DNA of 64,000 nucleotides from Candidatus Hydrogenedentota bacterium. Lineage in GTDB: Bacteria; Hydrogenedentota; Hydrogenedentia; Hydrogenedentales; SLHB01. Positions within the stretch are counted from its first letter, which is position 1. Each line of letters begins with the position of its first letter. Of this stretch, positions 36,786 through 45,483 are shown piece after piece. The notes beneath the pieces are model-generated. The model saw only the letters and a list, made by a program, of their open reading frames with translations, was not told the origin of the DNA and ran no database searches. The position numbers were made by a program, and so were the translations under genes. The stretch lies in contig BTVY01000019.1 in NCBI GenBank assembly GCA_045863335.1, forward strand, positions 32,001 through 96,000, in the 5' to 3' direction.

Positions 36786-38084
36786 TCAGCCGCAGAACAG
36801 GGACCGTAGGTAGGGATTCAGAAACACGCCGTTGGGGTCCAAATCCATTCGCACCTGCTGGAAGCTATGCCAATCGGGATACAGGTCCGCGAGTTCCTTG
36901 GCGGTGAGGTTGTGCATTTTGCCCCAGTGGGGGCGGCCGTCGTAGCGGCGGAAGATGCGTTCGCAGCCTTCGAAGTAGCGCTCGTGGGGCATGCCCTGGA
37001 ACATGTGGACGGAGATGCACACGGAGTCGCGTCCGTAGCAGGGGCTCAGGGGGATGTCGTCGCCCTTGACGTAGCGGTATTCAATGGGGAAGTGAACGGC
37101 GATGCCTTCCCGTTCGATCCAGCTCTTGATGTCCTGGATCGCCTTGGGTCCGTCCGCCATGGGGACGGCGTACTCCATCTCGTTGAACCGCACGTTGCGT
37201 TTCGTGGAGAGGACGCGGTGACCCACGTCGATCTCCTGCGTGTCCGCGATCTGATTCGCCATGAACCGGCACATGGCCGGGCAGCGTTCCGGCTTCTTCC
37301 GGCAGCGGCGGCTGATGATGCCGAAGGCGGTGTTTTCGAGAAGGGTTTCGGAGAACCACTTGCGGAACGCGTGTCGCATGAGCGGCTCAGTCGTCTCGTT
37401 CAGGAATTTGAGCTGGACCGTGTCCGTGTAGGGAAAGAGATAGAACTCGAAATGCCGGTTGGCTTGCGCGAAGGCTTCCCCTTTCTGGAGGGTCTCGTGA
37501 AAGTCGCCCTTCTTGCGCACATAGGCGAGCCGGTACACGGGAACCAGCCGCAGTTTGACCTCCACGATAATGCCCAACGCGCCCAAGGAAACCTGCGCGG
37601 CCTTGAAGATCTCCCGGTTCTGCTCCTCCGAACACTCCACCACGTCGCCCGATGCGCATACCAGGGTCAGCCCGATGACTTGGGTGGAAAGATTCCCGAA
37701 GGTCAGGCCGGTCCCATGGGTGCCCGTGCCGATAGCGCCGCCAATGGACTGGCGGTTGATATCGCCGAGGTTCTCCATGTGGAGGCCGTAGCGTTCCAGC
37801 GTGTCGTTGAGTTTGTATAGCTTCTTCCCCGCCATCACCGTTGCCTCGCGGGTGCGGGTATCGACCTCCACCATCCCGCCGAGATGGTCGAGCGAAACGA
37901 TGACTTGGTTCGTTTTAACGAGATCCGTGAAGGAATGGCCGGACCCCGCGACGCGGACGGTCTTCCCGTCCCGGGCCGCGGTGCGGACGATTTCTGACAC
38001 CTCTTCGACACTGCGGGGTAAAAGAATGGACTCGGGCGTACACTGGACAGACCCAGACCAGTTGGACCAGAAATGCTTTTTCAT
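36786..38084 (-). CDS. FAD-linked oxidoreductase, D-arabinono-1,4-lactone/L-gulonolactone oxidase family
   Basis: WSNWSG, GSGHSF, GTGTHGTG, SLGALG, FNEMEY, RPHWGK. Confidence 0.92.
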   Translation of the reverse strand: MKKHFWSNWSGSVQCTPESILLPRSVEEVSEIVRTAARDGKTVRVAGSGHSFTDLVKTNQVIVSLDHLGGMVEVDTRTREATVMAGKKLYKLNDTLERYGLHMENLGDINRQSIGGAIGTGTHGTGLTFGNLSTQVIGLTLVCASGDVVECSEEQNREIFKAAQVSLGALGIIVEVKLRLVPVYRLAYVRKKGDFHETLQKGEAFAQANRHFEFYLFPYTDTVQLKFLNETTEPLMRHAFRKWFSETLLENTAFGIISRRCRKKPERCPAMCRFMANQIADTQEIDVGHRVLSTKRNVRFNEMEYAVPMADGPKAIQDIKSWIEREGIAVHFPIEYRYVKGDDIPLSPCYGRDSVCISVHMFQGMPHERYFEGCERIFRRYDGRPHWGKMHNLTAKELADLYPDWHSFQQVRMDLDPNGVFLNPYLRSLFCG

Positions 38085-38272
38085 GGGAATCCTTTTCGAT
38101 AGGGAACTGGTAAGCTTATCGCGCGGGCACCCTTGGAGTCAAATAAACCACGAGCGCTCCGGTCGGCAGAAAAACGTCGCAACTCATGGGAATAAAATGG
38201 CTTAGGATTGTGTCCCTACTCTGAAAAGGACACCATTGATCTGTCCATTCCATGACAAGGAGTCTAAGTGCC

Positions 38273-39088
38273 ATGCCATCATGGTTTTCCAAGGTATTCA
38301 AGAACGACACGGGAAAGGCGAAGCCCATTGAGAACAGGCCGACCCGGGACGAACTGGTCGGGGGCATCGACCTTTCCGAGGACGACGAGGAACCCACGCC
38401 CCAGCCCGAACCGGCCAAACCGCGGCGCGTGGTCAATGCGCCGGTCCTGACCGACGACATCGAACAATCGAGCTGGAGCGCCGACATCCGCATCAAGGCG
38501 CGGGTTGAGAAGGGCAATGGCGCCTGTGTGTTTATGGTGGACCGTCCCGTGTTCGAAGGACATTCCGCTTGGTTCCCCAGCGCCGAACTGGCCGGGGAGT
38601 CGCCGCTGGCCCAGGCCCTGTTCGCGGTGGACGGTGTGGACTCGGTGGTCATCCACGACTTTACGGTGACGGTCCGGCGCAAACCGACCGTCTTTGGCGA
38701 CTGGGACCAGATGGCCAAGGAGATCGGCTCCATCATTCGCGGGCATCTGCTCGAAGAGAGGCCGGTGGTGAGTGATAAGTTTCTCGCGGATCTCCCCTCG
38801 GAGGACACGGTCCGCGAAACCTTGCAGCGGGTCATCGACACGGAGATCAATCCCGGCATCGCGGCCCACTCCGGGGCCATCAAGCTGGACCGGGTCGAGG
38901 GCAACACCGTGTACATCGAAATGATGGGCGGCTGCCAGGGCTGCGCGGCGTCGGACATCACCTTGCGGCAGGGGATTCACGAAGCCTTCCGCAGCGCGAT
39001 GCCGGGCGTGGGCGCGATCCTGGACGTAACCGATCACAGCGCGGGCAAGAACCCGTTCTACAACGAATTGCCCGCGGGGATGCGTTGA
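38273..39088 (+). CDS. nfuA: NfuA/NifU-like Fe-S carrier (Nfu_N plus NifU domain)
   Basis: SPLAQALFAVDGV, INPGIAAHSG, GGCQGC, DVTDH. Confidence 0.82.
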   Translation: MPSWFSKVFKNDTGKAKPIENRPTRDELVGGIDLSEDDEEPTPQPEPAKPRRVVNAPVLTDDIEQSSWSADIRIKARVEKGNGACVFMVDRPVFEGHSAWFPSAELAGESPLAQALFAVDGVDSVVIHDFTVTVRRKPTVFGDWDQMAKEIGSIIRGHLLEERPVVSDKFLADLPSEDTVRETLQRVIDTEINPGIAAHSGAIKLDRVEGNTVYIEMMGGCQGCAASDITLRQGIHEAFRSAMPGVGAILDVTDHSAGKNPFYNELPAGMR

Positions 39089-39089
39089 T

Positions 39090-39434
39090 ATGCCGAAACT
39101 CAATACCTTTGACATCGTCGTAAAGACCGGGAAATCCGGTCGCAACACGACACCGAAATGGATCATCAACGGGTTCACGGTGGAGTTCGATCAAACCAGC
39201 GGCGGCACCGGACCCGGCGAAATCTTCGAGGCCACGGGCAACCCCGGGAGTTTTCCGCATACGCTGTTGCTGAGCGGCCCGGAAGAAGGGACCTGGGATA
39301 TCGAAGAGGCAACTGTGACCTACTACCCGAACGGCGCGCAACCCTACACGGTAAAACTGGGCGCGGTGTCCGTGGACGCCGAGTCCGACCTGAACATCTG
39401 GTACGAGCAGCCCCAGCCCGTGTTCGACGTGTAG
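39090..39434 (+). CDS. Hypothetical beta-rich protein
   Basis: 114 aa, starts 1 nt after the nfu stop, typical codon usage. Confidence 0.75.
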   Translation: MPKLNTFDIVVKTGKSGRNTTPKWIINGFTVEFDQTSGGTGPGEIFEATGNPGSFPHTLLLSGPEEGTWDIEEATVTYYPNGAQPYTVKLGAVSVDAESDLNIWYEQPQPVFDV

Positions 39435-39459
39435 CCGCGCCGGAAAGGAGCGACAACCC

Positions 39460-39804
39460 ATGACGCAGGAACTGGCGAAGAAGAAATGCATACCGTGCAA
39501 GGGTGGCGTTCCGCCATTGAAAGGTTCTCAGCTCGAAGGCCTGCACAAGATGCTGGGGAACGATTGGCAGGTGGTGGAAGAGCACCATCTGGAAAAGGAG
39601 TACACGTTTCCGAATTTCGTCGAGGCTTTAGCGTTTACGAATAAGGTCGGCGCGATTGCCGAGGAAGAGAATCATCATCCCGATATTCTCACGACTTGGG
39701 GTAAGACGAAAGTATCGATCTGGACCCACAAGATCGATGGATTGACCGAGAGCGACTTCATCTTCGCCGCAAAGGTGGAAGAGGCGAGCAACGGATCGAA
39801 ATAA
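39460..39804 (+). CDS. phhB: Pterin-4a-carbinolamine dehydratase
   Basis: AEEENHHPDI, WTHKIDGLTESDFIFAAK, N-terminal CIPC; AAGGAG RBS. Confidence 0.92.
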   Translation: MTQELAKKKCIPCKGGVPPLKGSQLEGLHKMLGNDWQVVEEHHLEKEYTFPNFVEALAFTNKVGAIAEEENHHPDILTTWGKTKVSIWTHKIDGLTESDFIFAAKVEEASNGSK

Positions 39805-39855
39805 GTTCTGTCCGCAGATGGCACGGATTGGCGAAGTTGAATCTGACAAGATGAT

Positions 39856-39908
39856 TGTCAAAACTTGCTGATAATGTCCTCTTTTGAACTCATTAGAAAT
39901 GTCCTCTT
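39856..39908 (+). mobile_element. Possible isolated insertion-sequence end
   Basis: Begins TGTCAA; two AATGTCCTCTT direct repeats 25 nt apart (39873, 39898); AT-rich. Confidence 0.4.
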
Positions 39909-39963
39909 ACGTACGGTGGTGTGAGAGGACGGGGGAGGAACTATCCTCCCCCTCCTACTCGAT
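39908..39963 (+). mobile_element. Group II (class C-like) intron 3' remnant: 3' half of domain V plus domain VI
   Basis: TACGTACGGTGGTGTGAGAGGACGGGGGAGGA-ACTA-TCCTCCCCCTCCTACTCGAT resembles the IIC 3' end as I recall it, with bulged A and terminal AT. Confidence 0.75.
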
Positions 39964-39967
39964 CGTC

Positions 39968-41215
39968 CTATTTGACGTTCAGTTGCTCCTGGGCCTTGCC
40001 CTGGGCGATGAGCGACACGTAGGACTCGAGTTCTTTGTCGGTCTTCGGGTCCGTGAGATCGATGGTCTTGCCGGTCTCTGCGGAAAGGTATCCCGCCTGG
40101 CACAGGCGCGTGATCTCGAGGCCGTATTCGAAGTTCAGCAGCGCGTCTTTGCCCTGTTTGAAGGCGGCGACGGCATCTTCGATCTCATCGAGGTATCCGT
40201 ACAGGTCCGGCTCGTTCGGCTGGACCGTGAGCAGCCCGCGCGAAGCGGTGGCCTTTTCCAACGCCATCTCCGCATCGGCGCAAGCTTCGGCAGCCTCGTC
40301 GCCGATGAAGATCTCGAGCGGCGACTTGAGCGTATTCACTTCAAATGCGTAGCCCGGTCCAAGCCCGTCCATCAGGAGGCGCAGCCCCTGCTTGTCATAC
40401 ATCCAGGAGTTGGTGAACTGGGCCTTGACGCGTTGGCCGGTATCCGGGTTCTCGAAGGTGACCATGCCGGTGGCGAAATCCTCCGCGGGCGTCTTGGTGT
40501 AGTCCACGCCCATGCGATCGAGCAGGCTCTTGCGATATTTGGGCTGTCCCCACTTGAGAAGGCCGACTTCCGCGTTGATGGATACCGGCTTCAGGTAGTC
40601 CGGCGCAGTCCCGAGGGGATTCAAAACGAACCACGATACCGCAATGCTGTGACATCCCATGTCCGACAATACGCCGCCGCCCTGCTGCGTCGGATCCCAG
40701 AACCAACCTTCGTGCGGTCCGCCATGTTCCTCTGCGGAACGGGCGAGCGCGATGGGACCCATGGCCGCCTGTTGGGGGCCGAGTTGTTTCAGCGCGGACT
40801 TGATCGCCTTCATGTGGATCTGGTTTTCGAAGTAGGCCGTCGGCAGTTTGGTCTGTTTAGCGATTTCGACCAACTGTCTGGCTTCCTTCATCGTGCGGCC
40901 GAGCGGCTTTTCGCAGATGATGCCTTTCAGCGGCGCGCCCTTTTTCACCGCATCCGCAATTGCGTCCATGATTTCGATTCGCGCGAAGTTCGGCGCGACG
41001 ATCGACACGGAGTCCACGTTGTTGCACAACTCCTCGATGGAATCGAAGATCTCGCAGTCGCCGATCCCGTTGGCTTGCGCGTAGGCCTGCAAACTATCAG
41101 CACCCTTAGGCGCGAAGACACCGGCCAAATCGGCTACCCGGGTTGACTTGAGCGCGGCCGCATGAAAATGCGCGACAAACCCCGCCCCGATAAACCCCAA
41201 CTTGAATGGTTTCAT
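39968..41215 (-). CDS. Gfo/Idh/MocA-family oxidoreductase
   Basis: GFIGAGFVA, ICEKPLG, GGGVLSDMGCH. Confidence 0.9.
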   Translation of the reverse strand: MKPFKLGFIGAGFVAHFHAAALKSTRVADLAGVFAPKGADSLQAYAQANGIGDCEIFDSIEELCNNVDSVSIVAPNFARIEIMDAIADAVKKGAPLKGIICEKPLGRTMKEARQLVEIAKQTKLPTAYFENQIHMKAIKSALKQLGPQQAAMGPIALARSAEEHGGPHEGWFWDPTQQGGGVLSDMGCHSIAVSWFVLNPLGTAPDYLKPVSINAEVGLLKWGQPKYRKSLLDRMGVDYTKTPAEDFATGMVTFENPDTGQRVKAQFTNSWMYDKQGLRLLMDGLGPGYAFEVNTLKSPLEIFIGDEAAEACADAEMALEKATASRGLLTVQPNEPDLYGYLDEIEDAVAAFKQGKDALLNFEYGLEITRLCQAGYLSAETGKTIDLTDPKTDKELESYVSLIAQGKAQEQLNVK

Positions 41216-41318
41216 TGTGGGAACCCCCTCGCTACGCTGTCCGAACCACTATCAAACAGCAACCCGGTCATTATAGCGACTGCATCCCTGCGACATAAAG
41301 CGCCGCCACCCCTCCCGG

Positions 41319-41347
41319 TTGCGCACCGCGCGGGACGCCGGTAGAAT
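41319..41347 (+). promoter_or_regulatory. sigma70 promoter for the leader ORF / DUF1559 unit
   Basis: TTGCGC-17 nt-TAGAAT, 30 nt upstream of GTG 41378. Confidence 0.6.
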
Positions 41348-41377
41348 GGCGTTTCCTTGTTAGCTGCGAGGAAGTCG

Positions 41378-41749
41378 GTGCGTATTCGATCGAAATCGTA
41401 CCGCGCGATTGCCGCGGTGTTGGCGGGGTACACCCTGCTTGCCAGCGGCCGCGCCTTGATCCCCGGCCTGTGCGCCACCCAGGCCGCCGTGGAGTCGCGT
41501 CTCGCAACTTGTTGCGAGGCGCCACCCGCCGCAACTGGGGGAGCGCCGTCGTTGGATGCGCCACCGCCGGAGACGCGCGCGTGTGCGTTCTGCAACCTTG
41601 CGAAAGGGCTTGCCGAACCCGTCGCGCGCGTGGCGCCACCGCAGCCTGCCTTCGAGGACTTGGCCTCCGCGCCATCCGTGCCACTCAGACACCCGCAAGA
41701 TCCCTCCCGGGATACGACGCGATCCCGTTCGCCGCCCGCCCCTGCGTAG
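41378..41749 (+). CDS. DUF2946/CruR-like leader protein with CxxC and a C-terminal RSPP motif
   Basis: GAGG upstream of GTG; basic n-region plus hydrophobic segment, C, CC, CAFC, Pro-rich linker, ...RSRSPPAPA-stop. Confidence 0.65.
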   Translation: MRIRSKSYRAIAAVLAGYTLLASGRALIPGLCATQAAVESRLATCCEAPPAATGGAPSLDAPPPETRACAFCNLAKGLAEPVARVAPPQPAFEDLASAPSVPLRHPQDPSRDTTRSRSPPAPA

Positions 41750-41882
41750 TTGGTGATACGAAATCTCATTGTGTGCGCTGACTGGATGTTGCCGCTGGAA
41801 TCCCATGCCATCGGCGATGGAGCGCGCACGTACCAAACAACGCATGAAACGCGCGGGTTTTCACCCGCCGCAGGAGCGCATC

Positions 41883-42764
41883 ATGGATCGAAAAGGCTTT
41901 ACCCTCATCGAACTACTGGTCGTCATTGCGATTATTGGCATTCTCGCTGCAATTCTACTACCGGCACTGGCTCGGGCACGCGAAGCCGCACGACGGGCGA
42001 GTTGCCAGAATAACCTGAAACAACTGGGACTCGTGCTAAAGATGTACAGCTCCGAAAGTAGCGGCGAGAAACTTCCTCCGATCAAAGTCTTCGATTGCGA
42101 TGGCGGTATTCACGCATTGAATCTGGTTTTCGATGCCCAGGGCGTCTACCCAGAGTACCTCTCGGATTGGAACGTGCTCGTTTGTCCCAGCGCCGCGATG
42201 TCCGGAGACCCCGTGGAACTGTGGGACGCGGGCGCCATCGACTCGCCCCATTGGATTGCGACGGCGGAGTCCAACGACGGAGAGGTCCTTCCCTGTGAGA
42301 TTACCGACCACCCATACATCTACCTGGGATGGGCCATTGGAAGAGACACGCTCGTGGACGCTGCCGATTTCAACGATCTGGAGCATGAAGGCCCGTTGCT
42401 GCGCGAGAATATCGAGTTGGACCCCACGTATGTCGACCAGGACTGGGAATTGGATCACCATACCTTCGGCGGATATACGACGGTGTTTCGCTTGCGCGAG
42501 GGCATCGAGCGCTTCTTCGTGACGGATGTGAACAATCCGGCGGGCTCCTCGTTGGCCCAGTCCGAACTGCCGGTCATGTGGGACTCCATCGCCGGCGAGG
42601 AAACGTCGCATTTCAATCATCTTCCGGGCGGTAGCAACGTGTTGTACCTGGACGGACACGTGGAGTTTCTTCGGTACAGCGGCGAGGTGGGCGAATCGTT
42701 CCCGGTAAACGGCGGCGGCCTCGCGCTCCACGAACTTGCACACGGTCACGGTGGACACCATTAG
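41883..42764 (+). CDS. Prepilin-type N-terminal cleavage/methylation protein (DUF1559, H-X9-DG-like) with His-rich tail
   Basis: [44 protein letters not shown]; [16 protein letters not shown]; ends [12 protein letters not shown]. Confidence 0.93.
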   Translation: MDRKGFTLIELLVVIAIIGILAAILLPALARAREAARRASCQNNLKQLGLVLKMYSSESSGEKLPPIKVFDCDGGIHALNLVFDAQGVYPEYLSDWNVLVCPSAAMSGDPVELWDAGAIDSPHWIATAESNDGEVLPCEITDHPYIYLGWAIGRDTLVDAADFNDLEHEGPLLRENIELDPTYVDQDWELDHHTFGGYTTVFRLREGIERFFVTDVNNPAGSSLAQSELPVMWDSIAGEETSHFNHLPGGSNVLYLDGHVEFLRYSGEVGESFPVNGGGLALHELAHGHGGHH

Positions 42765-42893
42765 CGGCCCGGCAGTGGAAGCAGGGCGTGGGCGCGAGGT
42801 ATCATGCCGGTTCCCGCGCGGCGCACGATTGCGGCGCTTGGGCATTGCGAGACTCAGCAAACCAACCCTTCATCCCGTGAAAGGAGATCGATT

Positions 42894-44135
42894 ATGCGTG
42901 GTTGTGCGGTGTTGTGCTCCCTCGGCTTGGCCGCTTTCGTGGCGGCCCTGTCGATAGTCCCTGTGGCCCATGGACAAGACGATACCATGCCCCCGGGCGT
43001 GCTTCCGGCCGAGGAAGCCGAGGCCGGCTGGATTAACCTCTTCGACAAGGAAACGACCTTCGGCTGGAACGCTATCGGCGACGCCGAGTGGACGGTCGTG
43101 GACGGCGTACTCACCTGCCAGAGCGGTTCGGGCGGCTTGCTGGCGACCAGAAGCCAGTTTGCAGATTACGAATTGGTCGTCAAGATCCGCGTCTCCGGCG
43201 AGACGCCCACGACCGGTCTGGAAGTCCGCGCGCCGCTCCAGGGCCACTACACCGAGAACGGAGCCGTCTGTGTACCGGTGGCCGGGTCCAAGGAAGCGGC
43301 CGGCGATTGGCATACCATCGAAGTTACGGCAAACGGCGGCGACATCACGGCAAAGCTGGACGGCAACGCCGTCACGCTGGACGGCCGCGCCCGCTCACTT
43401 GGTTACATCGCCATCCAATACCACGGCCACGGCGGCAAGGTCGAAGTCTCCGAGGCGAAATTGAAGCCCATCAATATGAGTGCGATTTTCAATGGTGAAG
43501 ACTTGACGGGTTGGAACATCATCGAGGGCCATGCCTCGGTGTTTACGGTGAAGGATGGCGGTATCAATATCGAGAATGGCAACGGCCAGATCGAGACCGC
43601 GAACCTGTACAAGGATTTCGTCCTGCAATTGGATATCATTTCCAATGGCACGGAATTGAATAGCGGCGTGTTTTACCGCGGCCCCGTCGGCATATTCTGG
43701 AAGGGATACGAGTCGCAGGTGCGCAATCACTGGACGGACAATCGCCGCAATCCCTATGACTTCGGCACTGGCGGCAACTACGGCAATCAACCGGCCCGCA
43801 TGGTCGTATCGAGCGACCACGAGTGGTTCCACAAGACCATCGTTGTCGATGGCAATCATGCGGCTGTCTGGGTCAACGGCTATCAGACGAGCGATTTCAC
43901 CGACACGCGCCCAGTCTCCGAGAACAACGACGGCAAGGCCGGCTACGTTCCGGGTCCGGGTACGATCCATTTGCAGGGCCACGATCCCACGACAAACCTG
44001 ACGTTCAAGAACATCGAGATCCAGGAATATCCGCAGCGTGGACCGCGCGCGGGCGGCCGTCCGGAAGGCGCCGGAGGCGAAGCCGGACGCGGTGAGCGCA
44101 CAGGCCGCGGCGGCCGCGGACGCCAGGCCGAGTAA
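42894..44135 (+). CDS. Secreted double DUF1080 (3-keto-disaccharide hydrolase-like) protein
   Basis: Signal peptide; GWINLFD, IFNGEDLTGW, NSGVFYR, GYESQ, IHLQGHD, FKNIEI. Confidence 0.88.
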   Translation: MRGCAVLCSLGLAAFVAALSIVPVAHGQDDTMPPGVLPAEEAEAGWINLFDKETTFGWNAIGDAEWTVVDGVLTCQSGSGGLLATRSQFADYELVVKIRVSGETPTTGLEVRAPLQGHYTENGAVCVPVAGSKEAAGDWHTIEVTANGGDITAKLDGNAVTLDGRARSLGYIAIQYHGHGGKVEVSEAKLKPINMSAIFNGEDLTGWNIIEGHASVFTVKDGGINIENGNGQIETANLYKDFVLQLDIISNGTELNSGVFYRGPVGIFWKGYESQVRNHWTDNRRNPYDFGTGGNYGNQPARMVVSSDHEWFHKTIVVDGNHAAVWVNGYQTSDFTDTRPVSENNDGKAGYVPGPGTIHLQGHDPTTNLTFKNIEIQEYPQRGPRAGGRPEGAGGEAGRGERTGRGGRGRQAE

Positions 44136-44150
44136 ACGATTTGCAGCGTG

Positions 44151-44191
44151 CGGGGGCAAGAGCGGCCATGAGACCCTCTTGCCCCCGTTTT
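44151..44191 (+). terminator. Rho-independent terminator
   Basis: 12-bp stem CGGGGGCAAGAG/CTCTTGCCCCCG followed by TTTT. Confidence 0.7.
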
Positions 44192-44211
44192 GATGAGCAA
44201 CCGGAGGAACC

Positions 44212-44469
44212 ATGGCAAAACATATCGTACTCTACTCAGCGGCCTTGTGCGGTGATTGCCAGCGCCTGAAGTCTTTCATGGATTCCGAGGGCGTGGCGTA
44301 CGAGCTGCGCGACATCAAGGAAGACCCCGCACACGGCAGGGAACTGGAGGAAAAAACGGGCAAGCTCGGGGTGCCTTACCTCATCATCGACGGCGAATGG
44401 AAGCGCGGTTACGTCCCCGGCCAGCCCTTCTCCGAAGACTTCGCCCGCGACTTGCTCGGTATTGCGTAG
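44212..44469 (+). CDS. Glutaredoxin/NrdH-like protein
   Basis: CGDC active site, GVPYLIIDG; GGAGG RBS. Confidence 0.85.
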   Translation: MAKHIVLYSAALCGDCQRLKSFMDSEGVAYELRDIKEDPAHGRELEEKTGKLGVPYLIIDGEWKRGYVPGQPFSEDFARDLLGIA

Positions 44470-44484
44470 AACAACCCTCCGAAG

Positions 44485-45480
44485 CTACTGCGGCGTTCCG
44501 CCCGGCGCCCAATTGGTGAAGATGCAGATCGCCAGAAAGACGATCGTCACGCACCAGAGTATCCCGGAGACCACTGCGGCCGCGTCCCATATCCGGCCGA
44601 TGGCCCGTGTCCGCGCCGTGTCGCCCATGGGCAGGAATCCCAAGACGATGCCGCCCAGCATGCCACCGATGTGCGCCGCGTTATTTGCACCAATCAGGAA
44701 TCCGAAAATCAGGGCGTAAATCGCCCATTGGACAAGCACGTCGCGATACATCTTCGCGGAACCATGCGACGACCACAGATACGCTATTCCGAAGCCAATC
44801 AGCCCGAATAACCAGCCGGAAGCGCCCGCGGTCGCGGCATGAATCGCGCCATGATAGTTGTAGTACCAGAACTGGGACGCAAAGGCGCAGGTGAGTTGCG
44901 TCACCGTGATGACGACCAGCATGCGGGACTTGCCGATCTGACTTTCCACCACCGGTCCGACCTGCATCAGGGCAAACGAATTAAACCCGATGTGAATGAT
45001 GCCGATATGCGCCAGGCCAAAGCTGAGATAGCGCCAGTACTGCTGCTCGCCGATGGCCAGTTGCGCCGTCCATCCGCCGAACACGCGCAAGGTATAGCCT
45101 GTAGGCCCAAATATCGCGGAAGCGCCCTGCATCGCAATCTCGAGCAAGAACACGATGACCATGATCGCGAGGAATACCATGATTGTCGGTGGCGCGGAGC
45201 CCGGTTGGGCCAGCCCCAGCAGGCGCGCGATGCGGTACGTTGTTAGCCCCATGACGCGGCGGTTGCATTGCGGGCAGGTCCGGGCGTCGCCATCCACCAA
45301 CTTGCCGCAGTGCAGGCAGTGCTTATTGGGATACTTCAGCCAATGCAAGGACGCCGGAAGCTGTACGCCCGGTTGTTTATTCTCCCGGCGTTTCTGCCAC
45401 TGATAGAGCTTCCATTTCAGGCGGGTGGTGTTGATCCCCATACGTTCCAGGAGTTGAAAGATCTGTGATTCGCGATCCAT
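44485..45480 (-). CDS. Rhomboid intramembrane serine protease with N-terminal zinc ribbon
   Basis: WR motif, HIGFN, GASG, AHIGG; CLHC...CPQC. Confidence 0.9.
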   Translation of the reverse strand: MDRESQIFQLLERMGINTTRLKWKLYQWQKRRENKQPGVQLPASLHWLKYPNKHCLHCGKLVDGDARTCPQCNRRVMGLTTYRIARLLGLAQPGSAPPTIMVFLAIMVIVFLLEIAMQGASAIFGPTGYTLRVFGGWTAQLAIGEQQYWRYLSFGLAHIGIIHIGFNSFALMQVGPVVESQIGKSRMLVVITVTQLTCAFASQFWYYNYHGAIHAATAGASGWLFGLIGFGIAYLWSSHGSAKMYRDVLVQWAIYALIFGFLIGANNAAHIGGMLGGIVLGFLPMGDTARTRAIGRIWDAAAVVSGILWCVTIVFLAICIFTNWAPGGTPQ

Positions 45481-45483
45481 GAC

